Program-made: the position numbers and the translations under genes
The notes under the pieces: model-generated
The model's database searches: none
What the model was told of the DNA's origin: nothing
What the model saw: the letters and a program-made list of their open reading frames with translations, nothing else
Virus record (IMG/VR): IMGVR_UViG_3300044266_000273
Coordinates: 31,902-95,901 of that record
Origin: a virus
Lineage: Duplodnaviria > Caudoviricetes
DNA length: 64,000 nucleotides
Reading direction: 5' to 3' (one strand)
Part shown: positions 36,502 to 45,524 of the stretch, piece by piece
Layout of the letters: each line of letters starts with the position of its first letter
How positions within the stretch are numbered: the stretch's first letter is position 1

Positions 36502-38369
36502 AGACATTTTTACAACTGGTAGAAGAAGACCAATCCAAAGAAAAACATCACGTAATGGCCTTTGGTCGTATGAATCCTCCAACTACCGGACACCTAAAAC
36601 TTATTGACAAAGTTAAGGAAGTAGCACATAAAGTTGGTGGTAAACACAGTGTTATCTTATCACACTCACAAGATACCAAAAAGAATCCTTTAAGTGCTGA
36701 ACAAAAAGTTAAACATTTGAAAAGATATTCTCCAGGAACACACTTTGTGTCTTCCTCTAAAGAAAAGCCTACACTTTTACACCATGCGGCCGAGTTACAC
36801 AAACAAGGTGTAACACATCTGCACGTAGTCGGCGGTTCTGACCGTGTCAAAGAATATCATGATCTCTTACACAAATATAATGGTAAAAAAGCTGGTCACG
36901 GTGAATACAATTTTAAGAAAATAACCGTACATTCTGCTGGACACCGTGATCCTGATGCTGAAGGTGCGGAGGGTATGTCTGGTACAAAAATGAGAGAACA
37001 TGCCAAGAATAAAGATTTCTCTTCTTTCCGTCAAGGTGTTCCGTCTCATGTTGCTGATCATCATGCAAAAGAATTAATGCATGACGTTCGTAAAGGTATG
37101 GGTCTGCATGAATCCGTTGACCGTGGCATCTTCAAGGCAGTATTTGTCACTGGAGGTCCAGGTTCAGGTAAAGACATTATCATCCGTGAGGCCATACCAC
37201 ATTCAAAAATGGTAGAAATGAACTGTGTGCAGATTTTAGAATATCTAATGGACAAACAAAAGTTGTCCGAAAAGACAAATGATTTCCGTAGAGAATCAAT
37301 TCGTAACCGTGCGCCACTCATTATTAATGGTCCAGCCGATGATGTGCAAAGAATGACTTTAGTTAAAGAAGAGTTGGAAGAACTAGGTTATACAACAGCC
37401 ATGGTCTTCGTCAATACAACAGACGATGTAAGCAAGAACCGTAACGAAAAATTAAACAAGACAATTTTGGAATCTGTCCGACAAGATAAGTGGAAAAAAT
37501 CACAGTATAACAAAAACAAGTATTCCGAAAGTTTCAATACTTTCATATACTTGGATAACAATTCTTCAGTAACCGATTTGGAAGAAGAAATTACAGATAC
37601 TTATCAAAAACTAAATATGTTTATTGAAAAGAGAATTTTCAATGACGTTGCAATATCATGGTTGGAAAACCATGGTAAATTAAACATCAATGAGTCCCTT
37701 AATTATTTCTTGAAGGAAAATCAAAATGTTGAAAAAACTTCTAAATCTATTCAAAAAGCCAACATCAAAGGTAGATACAACCCCAGTTTCCGAAGTGAAG
37801 GAAGTGGCCCAACCCTCAAGTCCGGTGGTATCGGAAGTGCCCCAGGTCCAGGAGACATTACCCCAGACAACAGAGCAGGTGACACCAACGACGGAGACAT
37901 TAAGTGGAACGCCCCAAGAAAAAGAGGTAGTTACATCTTCAGAACCTACTCCGAGTCCAACAGAAGCGGAAGCAAAACCAGCACGCAAGAAGAAGAGTCC
38001 AGGTTCAGCCAAGACAAAGAAAAAATCAAAGTAAAAAAGAAAAGATTTTCTGATGCCCCTACAGTCAACCAAAGAATGAGAAATACGGATGGTGTAGGTC
38101 AAGAATTTGATACCAGACAACAAGGCACAGTTTACCCAATGTCTGGTCTTGGTGATGTAACATACCGAGAAGAAAAGAACTTTAGAAGTTTTAGAAATAC
38201 GATAAAGGAAGCCATTGATGACCCTGGAGCTTACGACATGGGTGTTGGTGGCGTTCTTGGTGGAGCAAGTAATAAAGAACCATTGGTGACACCGATGGAT
38301 AAATTTGGGCAATCTGGTATCTCTATTAAAAAGAAGAAGAAAACGGAGAACAAAAATGATCAATCTTAA
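36498..38369 (+). CDS. HxGH-type cytidylyl/adenylyltransferase fused to a P-loop kinase
   Basis: FGRMNPPTTGH, KNPL, GSDR and MSGTKMR; GGPGSGK; MKTFLQLVEE start. Confidence 0.85.
   Translation: MKTFLQLVEEDQSKEKHHVMAFGRMNPPTTGHLKLIDKVKEVAHKVGGKHSVILSHSQDTKKNPLSAEQKVKHLKRYSPGTHFVSSSKEKPTLLHHAAELHKQGVTHLHVVGGSDRVKEYHDLLHKYNGKKAGHGEYNFKKITVHSAGHRDPDAEGAEGMSGTKMREHAKNKDFSSFRQGVPSHVADHHAKELMHDVRKGMGLHESVDRGIFKAVFVTGGPGSGKDIIIREAIPHSKMVEMNCVQILEYLMDKQKLSEKTNDFRRESIRNRAPLIINGPADDVQRMTLVKEELEELGYTTAMVFVNTTDDVSKNRNEKLNKTILESVRQDKWKKSQYNKNKYSESFNTFIYLDNNSSVTDLEEEITDTYQKLNMFIEKRIFNDVAISWLENHGKLNINESLNYFLKENQNVEKTSKSIQKANIKGRYNPSFRSEGSGPTLKSGGIGSAPGPGDITPDNRAGDTNDGDIKWNAPRKRGSYIFRTYSESNRSGSKTSTQEEESRFSQDKEKIKVKKKRFSDAPTVNQRMRNTDGVGQEFDTRQQGTVYPMSGLGDVTYREEKNFRSFRNTIKEAIDDPGAYDMGVGGVLGGASNKEPLVTPMDKFGQSGISIKKKKKTENKNDQS
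37726..38034 (+). CDS. Possible overprinted protein nested in another frame
   Basis: AAGGA RBS; amphipathic start, P/T/E-rich linker and Lys-rich tail. Confidence 0.45.
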   Translation: MLKKLLNLFKKPTSKVDTTPVSEVKEVAQPSSPVVSEVPQVQETLPQTTEQVTPTTETLSGTPQEKEVVTSSEPTPSPTEAEAKPARKKKSPGSAKTKKKSK

Positions 38370-39759
38370 ACAAAAGGATTCTGTTGCTGATGCTGTCAAA
38401 GAAATCATGCAACAAGAAGAAAAACATCTTTCACCTAAACAGAAAAAGATTGCAAAGATGGCTGGCGATCCTGAAAAGATTGATGCTGCCGACTTGGCCG
38501 CTCTTCGTGCAGGTAAGAAACCGGTAAAAGAAGAAAACGTGGGCGAGTCTTCAAATCCATTTAGCCCCAACTACAAGAGTCAAATACCTTCAAAACCTGG
38601 CGAGAAAGCTGGTTTTGATTCCAAGAAAATTTCTACCGGTACAGTGTATTCTAAGAAGCACAAACCTGAGCCAGCAGAAAAAGAAACAAAAGAAGAATTT
38701 TCTTATTTCAAAGGCAAATTGATTGAATCTTTATTTGAAGAAGAAATTCTGGACGAAATGATCAACGAAGTTCTGTCAAAAGATGCTTCTGCTGGAGATT
38801 GGATTCACGATTTCGTGCATTCAGACAATCCAAAATTCAAAGGCAAATCTAAAGCTAAGCGTAAAGAAATGGCACTTGCTGCATATTATGCCAAGCAAAG
38901 AAATGAAGAAGTTGAACAGATTGACGAAGGCAAAATGGACCAAATGACACTGACACATTTGTGGCACCGTCATGCACATCATTCTTATGGTGCAGACCAG
39001 GGTTATGGCGGCGGGGAGCATGGTCATCACAGTAAACATGCAGCTACAGCTATTGAAAACCATGTTCGCAAACACTATGGTAATAAAGTAGCCGATGATA
39101 TGTGTCAACATTCAGATTGCCATGTTGCTCATGCTGAATATGTTGGCGGAAAAGAAGCCAAAGAAGTTGAAGATGAAGCCGCAAAATTAAGAAAAAAACA
39201 TGGAATAAAAGGTGATTTATATGGCCATCATGACCATATCAAAGAATCAACTGAGCAACTAGACGAATTAAAAAAGTCAACAGTAAAGTCATATATTCAG
39301 AAAAAGATGGATAAAACCCATTCTTCTCCTGCATCGGGAAAAGAAAAGGTTAAGAAAGATATGGATTCTTTACAACGTGGCCACGAGCGTGTTGTCGGTA
39401 ACAAACCAACATCTGAGGAAGTTGAGCAGATTGACGAAAAGAATTGGATTGCTGGTGCTATAAAGAAACCAGGAGCCGAAACTGCTGCAGCAAAACGTGC
39501 TGGCATGAGCGTACAAGCCTATGCACATAAACATGCACATGATCCGGGTAAAGCTGGAAAACGTGCTCGCTTAGCTCTGACATTGAAAAAAATGAAAGAA
39601 AATGTTGAACAAATTGAAGAGTCCAAGAGACCAGAAGACGACACAGTTCCTTTTGTAACAGACGATAGCAAACCTCTCGCTATGGCCAAAGATACTGCTA
39701 CGAAATCTCTGAAGAGAATGAAAAACGAAATGATGGGCAAAACAGGAACATCAGAATAA
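38356..39759 (+). CDS. Modular putative internal head protein
   Basis: GGAG RBS; repeated EEVEQIDE-like motifs. Confidence 0.65.
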   Translation: MINLKQKDSVADAVKEIMQQEEKHLSPKQKKIAKMAGDPEKIDAADLAALRAGKKPVKEENVGESSNPFSPNYKSQIPSKPGEKAGFDSKKISTGTVYSKKHKPEPAEKETKEEFSYFKGKLIESLFEEEILDEMINEVLSKDASAGDWIHDFVHSDNPKFKGKSKAKRKEMALAAYYAKQRNEEVEQIDEGKMDQMTLTHLWHRHAHHSYGADQGYGGGEHGHHSKHAATAIENHVRKHYGNKVADDMCQHSDCHVAHAEYVGGKEAKEVEDEAAKLRKKHGIKGDLYGHHDHIKESTEQLDELKKSTVKSYIQKKMDKTHSSPASGKEKVKKDMDSLQRGHERVVGNKPTSEEVEQIDEKNWIAGAIKKPGAETAAAKRAGMSVQAYAHKHAHDPGKAGKRARLALTLKKMKENVEQIEESKRPEDDTVPFVTDDSKPLAMAKDTATKSLKRMKNEMMGKTGTSE

Positions 39760-39768
39760 GGTTTTAAA

Positions 39769-40788
39769 ATGGATTCCAAAGCACAAAAGTTAAAAGCTAT
39801 TGTAAAAAACGCAGCACCAAAAGCACAGTATGGCAAGGATCCACGTGATCCTTGGTCCGCACGTGCCAACATTCCAGAAGAAACTTTGGATGAATGGTCC
39901 AAGAGCCCTGTGTTGATGCGTTACCTAAAATCTAAAGGTATTGATCCACGATATGTCACGAAAGACACGATGATCAGCCATTCAAAATCTGGTGAATTTG
40001 ATAAGTGGAAACGTGACCATATGTTTGAAACCATCACAACTCAACACTCACCCACACAGCAGAGACTGCATATATTGAAAAAATCAATACATATGCATAA
40101 AGAAATACCTTCAGATGGATTAAAAAAAGAAGAAGTTGACAAAAAAGACACCATTACTTTTGACATTCCATTATTAATTCGTGTTTTAGAGTTGGCCAGA
40201 GAAGACCTGAAGAGTGATCCTGACCTACACAAAGTGGTAGAAAAACTCATTAATATCCGCAACAAAGGTATGTTGACCATGGATGATTATGAGTATATTG
40301 CAAATATCAAAGAAGATTTTGAAATCACGGAACAAGACTGTAATTGCAAAATGAATCCCAAAGAATGGGAAAAATTAGCACAGGCAAGATCCGAAAAGTG
40401 GCGTAGAAAACAACTGAAGAAGATTGATGAAGATAAGTTCCAAGATTCTTATGCAGCCACACAAACAGTTGGTATGGAAGTCAATGGAGACTCCATGAAA
40501 AAAGAACGTTCCAAATCTGCTCGCATGATCAAAGCGATGTATAAAAAGCATCGTATGCATGAAGAGACGTATGACCACGAAAAAGAAGATAAGTCTGTTG
40601 CAACCTATGGTAAAAAACCAAAAACACAAAAAGTGGACGGTGTAGACAATTTAGGGCAGACTAAACCAAAGGCAGCTGCCGTATTAACTGGTGGCACCAC
40701 TCTCACAGGTCAAAAAAGAGACACAGTTGAAATTGATCCCATGATGAAAGGCCGTCCGGATCAAAAGCCAGAGAAAAAAGGCAACTGA
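39769..40788 (+). CDS. Hypothetical, probably virion-associated protein
   Basis: Charged modular ORF with DIPLLIRVLELARED motif. Confidence 0.6.
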   Translation: MDSKAQKLKAIVKNAAPKAQYGKDPRDPWSARANIPEETLDEWSKSPVLMRYLKSKGIDPRYVTKDTMISHSKSGEFDKWKRDHMFETITTQHSPTQQRLHILKKSIHMHKEIPSDGLKKEEVDKKDTITFDIPLLIRVLELAREDLKSDPDLHKVVEKLINIRNKGMLTMDDYEYIANIKEDFEITEQDCNCKMNPKEWEKLAQARSEKWRRKQLKKIDEDKFQDSYAATQTVGMEVNGDSMKKERSKSARMIKAMYKKHRMHEETYDHEKEDKSVATYGKKPKTQKVDGVDNLGQTKPKAAAVLTGGTTLTGQKRDTVEIDPMMKGRPDQKPEKKGN

Positions 40789-40828
40789 TAAATAGGTAAC
40801 ATAACCCTCGGTTAAAAGGAGAATAACA

Positions 40829-41506
40829 ATGTCATCTTGGGGAAAATACGACAACGCAGCCAATGCTCCATATTGGGCTGTGAATGCTTCGATTGTTAAA
40901 AACAATCCACAACAATCCGCTCCTACAGCGGCTAATGTAGCTTTACTGTACGGAAACACTACTGCTGATGTTTATGTGACCGGTGAAACTATTGGTCTTT
41001 TCGGTGTTGATGCACAAGAAGCTGCTGTTAATCAAAAGGTCGCTCATGCCGGTTGGGTTCTGAAAACCACAGGCTCAGGTGGAAGAGCTAACCGTGTACA
41101 ACAAGAAGTTCTAGTTGCTCTTAGCAACATGAATGGACCTGACGGCGATGCACAAGTTTATGCCAACGTTGCTATTACGTTGACAAGCCCATCGGCTGCA
41201 TCTGTAACATCCAACACTTCAAATGCAAACTTTGCTTCATTCTTGGTTGGAACATCGTTGAGGGGCAACACAAGTGCAACACTGACATATCAGTGGCAAG
41301 TCAACAGCAACACTGGTTCGTTGGGTTGGACAAACGTTGCAAACAACACACCAACTGCAACAGGATATCTTGGTGGAACAACAGACACACTCAAGGTATA
41401 TCCATACAACGCAACAGCAAACCAGTACGTTGTTCGTGCGATTGTTACCGCTGCAGACCAAGGTGTTTCCGCAACATCTTCGAACGCAACAATTACAATC
41501 ATGTAA
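40829..41506 (+). CDS. Virion structural protein with C-terminal Ig-like domain
   Basis: HAGW, EVLVA and LTYQWQ motifs; AGGAG RBS. Confidence 0.7.
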   Translation: MSSWGKYDNAANAPYWAVNASIVKNNPQQSAPTAANVALLYGNTTADVYVTGETIGLFGVDAQEAAVNQKVAHAGWVLKTTGSGGRANRVQQEVLVALSNMNGPDGDAQVYANVAITLTSPSAASVTSNTSNANFASFLVGTSLRGNTSATLTYQWQVNSNTGSLGWTNVANNTPTATGYLGGTTDTLKVYPYNATANQYVVRAIVTAADQGVSATSSNATITIM

Positions 41507-41515
41507 TTTTAAACC

Positions 41516-41541
41516 GGGGTGGCTTTTGGCCACCCCATTTT
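41516..41541 (+). terminator. Intrinsic terminator
   Basis: GGGGTGGC/GCCACCCC hairpin followed by ATTTT. Confidence 0.7.
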
Positions 41542-41545
41542 AATT

Positions 41546-41932
41546 ATGTTTGAAAATTTGACAGAAGATAATTTTATGATATATGCAATGAAGTGTTACA
41601 ACTCACCTCATTGCATATTATCTGAGTTTGAAGGAGATATTAAAAGAACAAAATATCTTAAAAGATTATTTCGTAGATATAAAATTACGAAGTGTTTAAA
41701 AGAGCGTTTGATTCTGAATCATATCATCTTATTGAACAATGTTTTTGGAAATGAAGCCACCGCAAGAATATTGTTCTATAAGACAGATGAGCGTGACTAT
41801 GATGTTTTAAAAACATTTTTATCATATTTAAATATTATGCCTGATACTGTATATGGAATTGGCGGCAAAAACATATACACACAAGATATTCCTATAGATA
41901 TTAACATTGTAGAAATACTGAGGAAGATATGA
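41546..41932 (+). CDS. Conserved T4-like hypothetical protein
   Basis: LKERLILNHIILLNNVFG motif. Confidence 0.7.
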   Translation: MFENLTEDNFMIYAMKCYNSPHCILSEFEGDIKRTKYLKRLFRRYKITKCLKERLILNHIILLNNVFGNEATARILFYKTDERDYDVLKTFLSYLNIMPDTVYGIGGKNIYTQDIPIDINIVEILRKI

Positions 41933-42357
41933 TAAAATTCAAAGAATTCTTAGAAGAAGTTAAAAAACCAACCGGCAAATTAAAAGATGCTTGCTGGACA
42001 GGTTATACTGCTGTTGGTATGAAAATGAAAGGTGGTCGCAAAGTTCCTAATTGCGTACCAGAAGAAGTTCAACAAGTTGATGAAGTTGCTGCATGGCAAC
42101 GCAAAGAAGGTAAATCGGAATCTGGTGGGCTAAACAAAAAAGGCATCGCATCCTATCGTAGAGAAAATCCAGGTTCTAAACTGTCGATGGCCGTAACTAC
42201 AAAGCCATCTAAATTAAAAAAAGGATCTAAAGCCGCCAATCGTCGCAAGTCATTCTGTGCCAGAATGGGTGGAATGAAGAAGCGTCTAACATCAGCCAAA
42301 ACTGCACATGATCCAGATTCACGCATCAATAAAGCATTGAGAAAGTGGAACTGCTGA
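41929..42357 (+). CDS. Basic hypothetical protein with capsid-targeting-like start (DUF6321-like)
   Basis: MIKFKEFLEE start; CWTGY...VPNCVP; RRKSFCARM. Confidence 0.7.
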   Translation: MIKFKEFLEEVKKPTGKLKDACWTGYTAVGMKMKGGRKVPNCVPEEVQQVDEVAAWQRKEGKSESGGLNKKGIASYRRENPGSKLSMAVTTKPSKLKKGSKAANRRKSFCARMGGMKKRLTSAKTAHDPDSRINKALRKWNC

Positions 42358-42557
42358 TGAAGACATTCAAAGAATATATTCTGGAAGATGGTATGGGTGG
42401 CGGAGCAATGTCTGCTGCACCGACAAATACAACTGGTTCGGGAAATGTGGCTGGAATGGGACAACCTCCAGGCAGTAAATTTGGAGAACCAGGTGTTGGC
42501 AAAAAACACAATCCGGTTCTGAAAGGAATCTTTAAAAGGAAACCACCAAAGATGTAA
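42357..42557 (+). CDS. Small protein with capsid-targeting-like start
   Basis: MKTFKEYILE resembles the T4 capsid-targeting sequence MKTYQEFIAE. Confidence 0.6.
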   Translation: MKTFKEYILEDGMGGGAMSAAPTNTTGSGNVAGMGQPPGSKFGEPGVGKKHNPVLKGIFKRKPPKM

Positions 42558-42566
42558 GGTGTTGTT

Positions 42567-43001
42567 ATGTGGATTCTTAAATGGTTACCGTTCTGGATAT
42601 TTTATGCTCTTCTCGCCATAGGAATTTTAGGTCTAGCCGCAACCTATCTTATGCGCTTCTTGCCCATTCCTGGGATATATCTTTATAAAACTCCAATACA
42701 ACTAGGATCAGTAGCATTGATTGTGTTGGGCACATATATGTCTGGTGCGATTTCAAATGAAGAATCTTGGTTGGCTAAAGTAAAAGAATTGGAAATAAAA
42801 GTTAAAGAGTCGGAGGAAAAATCTGCGGTAGAGAATGTTAAAATCGTAGAGAAAGTTGTAACAAAAACAAACGTCATCAAAGAAAAGGGTCAAGACATAG
42901 TTCAATACGTAGACCGTGAAGTTGTCAAGTTCAATGATAAATGCGACATACCCAAAGAAGCCGTAGTTGCTGTGAATAAAGCTGCTGAAGGTGTCAAATG
43001 A
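42567..43001 (+). CDS. Inner-membrane spanin (Rz-like)
   Basis: N-terminal TM segments, coiled coil and C-terminal Cys; next to the o-spanin. Confidence 0.7.
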   Translation: MWILKWLPFWIFYALLAIGILGLAATYLMRFLPIPGIYLYKTPIQLGSVALIVLGTYMSGAISNEESWLAKVKELEIKVKESEEKSAVENVKIVEKVVTKTNVIKEKGQDIVQYVDREVVKFNDKCDIPKEAVVAVNKAAEGVK

Positions 43002-43255
43002 GATTATTACTAATCGTCTTATTATTAACAGGTTGCAGCACCGCAGTTCCCGTTGCAAGAAAATTTCCAGATGCGCCTGAAACTTTGATGAAGCCTTGTG
43101 CAGATTTAAAAAAGATAGATAAAGAAAATCCATTGCTAAGTGAAGTAGTCAAATCGGTTACTGAAAACTATATGTTATATCATGAATGTGCTTTGAAAAG
43201 TGAATCGTGGATTGAATGGTATAACGTACAGAAAAAAGTATTTCAGATTGATTAG
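42998..43255 (+). CDS. Outer-membrane spanin lipoprotein (Rz1-like)
   Basis: LTGC lipobox; Pro-rich. Confidence 0.75.
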   Translation: MRLLLIVLLLTGCSTAVPVARKFPDAPETLMKPCADLKKIDKENPLLSEVVKSVTENYMLYHECALKSESWIEWYNVQKKVFQID

Positions 43256-43263
43256 GAGATAAA

Positions 43264-43887
43264 ATGGAATTAACATTAGCTCAACTTAAACAGTTGTTAC
43301 CAAAAAATCCATATGTTGAACATTGGCATAAGGCTTTGTCACAATTATTTCCCGATTATGAGATTAATACTCCTAAAAGAATAGCTGCTTTTGTTGCACA
43401 ATGTTCACATGAGTCTGGTGGATTTACGGTACTCAAAGAAAATCTGAACTACAGGCCTGCATCGTTACGCAAGTTATTTCCTAAGTATTTTCCTGACGAT
43501 GCGACTGCCAACGATTACTGTTCTCGCCCAAATAAACAAGAAGCAATCGCTAACCGCATTTATGCAAATCGTATGGGAAATGGACCAGAAGAATCTGGTG
43601 ATGGTTACAGATATTGTGGCCGAGGCCTCATTCAATTGACTGGCCGTGATAACTATAAATGGTTTGCTGCTTCATTACAAATCACACCAGAAGAAGCCAC
43701 AGAATATTTACAAACGTTTGAAGGTGCAGCACAATCAGCATGTTGGTTCTGGGAAACAAATAATCTAAATCAGTGGGCAGATAAAGGTGATATCGTTACA
43801 CTGACAAAACGGATTAATGGTGGTACGATTGGTCTTGACGACCGTATCAAACACTATGAACATGCACTACATGTATTAGGAGCATAA
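43264..43887 (+). CDS. Endolysin, glycoside hydrolase family 19
   Basis: HESGG, ENLNY, GRGLIQLTG and INGG motifs. Confidence 0.93.
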   Translation: MELTLAQLKQLLPKNPYVEHWHKALSQLFPDYEINTPKRIAAFVAQCSHESGGFTVLKENLNYRPASLRKLFPKYFPDDATANDYCSRPNKQEAIANRIYANRMGNGPEESGDGYRYCGRGLIQLTGRDNYKWFAASLQITPEEATEYLQTFEGAAQSACWFWETNNLNQWADKGDIVTLTKRINGGTIGLDDRIKHYEHALHVLGA

Positions 43888-43888
43888 A

Positions 43889-44161
43889 ATGCATGATAAA
43901 AGAATGTTTAAATGGCTAGCATTTCTTATTATTGTACCAGTTGCACTAGCTGTATTTGGTGGTGATAGATTTCGTTACCCATGCCAAGACCCAAATAATT
44001 GGGATAAACCAATTTGTCAGAAACCTACATGTGATGTGACAAGAACTTGCCCAGAACATGTATTTAAAGGTCAACGTGACCCAAGATTAGGACCCGTAGA
44101 TGAAACTAAACCTGCTGCAACTGCTGCACCGGCAGCCCAAGGAGTTAATTGTGGAAAATAA
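43889..44161 (+). CDS. Small Cys-rich membrane-anchored protein
   Basis: TM segment followed by RYPCQDP...C..C...C. Confidence 0.65.
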   Translation: MHDKRMFKWLAFLIIVPVALAVFGGDRFRYPCQDPNNWDKPICQKPTCDVTRTCPEHVFKGQRDPRLGPVDETKPAATAAPAAQGVNCGK

Positions 44162-44621
44162 TGTACCTTTCATTTATTCAGAAGAGCAGTTAATGGCTCG
44201 TCTGAAATTTTTCATTGGTGTTTGCCTTGCGTTGACTTTGACTGGTATTGTGTTTGTTGTTTTATATTCTCTTATCTTTGTAACACAACCATTAAATGCA
44301 ATTTCACCAATCGACCAAAAGTTCTTTGAATTGATTGTTCCTATTGCAACATTTTTAACTGGCACACTATCTGGCATCATGTTGTCCGGTGGAACAAAAG
44401 AAGAACAAGAATCTAAGATGGCCATGATGAAGATGGCACAAGACAATGCAGCAGCGGCCGCAAAATCTACCGCAACAACACTTGCAGCGACGATTGCTCC
44501 AGTAACGCCAAGCGTCAGCAGCACACCAGCACCAGCAGCTGCACCCAGCCAGCCTGCACCCGTAGTCACAGGATTCGGCGGCAAACTAGCACCACCAGCA
44601 GCACCACAACCGGAGATTTAA
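44151..44621 (+). CDS. Two-TM membrane protein (holin candidate)
   Basis: GTG start after AAGGAG; two TM segments; inside the lysis cassette. Confidence 0.55.
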   Translation: MENNVPFIYSEEQLMARLKFFIGVCLALTLTGIVFVVLYSLIFVTQPLNAISPIDQKFFELIVPIATFLTGTLSGIMLSGGTKEEQESKMAMMKMAQDNAAAAAKSTATTLAATIAPVTPSVSSTPAPAAAPSQPAPVVTGFGGKLAPPAAPQPEI

Positions 44622-44622
44622 A

Positions 44623-44841
44623 ATGAACTTTCTTTTTAGTCTACTCAAAGATGGTCATGATAGTACGTGGAGCTCTAAACGTGTAGTAACTTTCATGGCA
44701 TTTCTTTTGTGTGCGGTGGCATTTCTAGCTGACGTATTCTGGGATAAAACAATTACACAAGCACTATTTGATGGTATGATGTATATTGTTGTCGCTGGTC
44801 TAGGATTCACTGCCTCCGAAAAATTTGCAAGTAAACCATAA
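44623..44841 (+). CDS. Small two-TM protein (holin candidate)
   Basis: SSKRV followed by two TM segments. Confidence 0.55.
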   Translation: MNFLFSLLKDGHDSTWSSKRVVTFMAFLLCAVAFLADVFWDKTITQALFDGMMYIVVAGLGFTASEKFASKP

Positions 44842-44868
44842 GTCTAAATAAGTTATTTGGAGAAACAC

Positions 44869-45084
44869 ATGAAACAACTAATCGCTCTTATCGTTCTATC
44901 TCTGGCCACAACATTTGCTGTTGCTGCCGAAGAAAAGAAACCAGAAACACAAAAAGTTTGTGTCGATAAAACAACAAAAGATGGAAAGCCAGTCTTAGGT
45001 AAAGATGGTAAGCCAACTCAAGAGTGCAAACAAATGAAGGTGCACAAAAAACTTGAAGGTACGAAAGTTCCAGAAAAGAAATAA
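44869..45084 (+). CDS. Small secreted hypothetical protein
   Basis: Signal peptide and a Cys pair. Confidence 0.6.
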   Translation: MKQLIALIVLSLATTFAVAAEEKKPETQKVCVDKTTKDGKPVLGKDGKPTQECKQMKVHKKLEGTKVPEKK

Positions 45085-45509
45085 TGTCACCAGTTGGTAG
45101 TGAAATAGATGTGCGTGTTGATATAGGGGTACTTAAAACTCAAGTAAGTGCCATAACCGAACTTTGCCAAAAAATGGACAAAGTAATAGAAAAAATCGTT
45201 GACACGCACGACCGCCACCTCGTTAAAGTATACGAAGACATGGAAAAAAGAAGATCCGATACAGAAAAAGATATCAATGACATACATGATAGAATTGACA
45301 CTGTTTTAGATAAAGTTCAAATTACCGAACTGCGTTTAATGGAAGAATTAAAACAACTTCGTAAAGAAATTGCTGAACACAATCGTGGTGAGCGTCAATC
45401 TTTAGATCAAATATTACAATGGAAATGGATGTTAGCTGGCGGTATAATTGTACTATCATGGTTGATTTCACATGTTAAGTTTGATACAATTACGAGACTT
45501 CTGAACTAA
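45084..45509 (+). CDS. Coiled-coil protein with C-terminal TM segment
   Basis: 141-aa ORF. Confidence 0.6.
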   Translation: MSPVGSEIDVRVDIGVLKTQVSAITELCQKMDKVIEKIVDTHDRHLVKVYEDMEKRRSDTEKDINDIHDRIDTVLDKVQITELRLMEELKQLRKEIAEHNRGERQSLDQILQWKWMLAGGIIVLSWLISHVKFDTITRLLN

Positions 45510-45524
45510 ATTTATCTTTTTGTT

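Noticed and set aside
37680-38570. 296-aa minus-strand ORF
   Set aside because: It is antisense to well-supported plus-strand genes, and its F/S/L-rich composition is typical of a shadow ORF.
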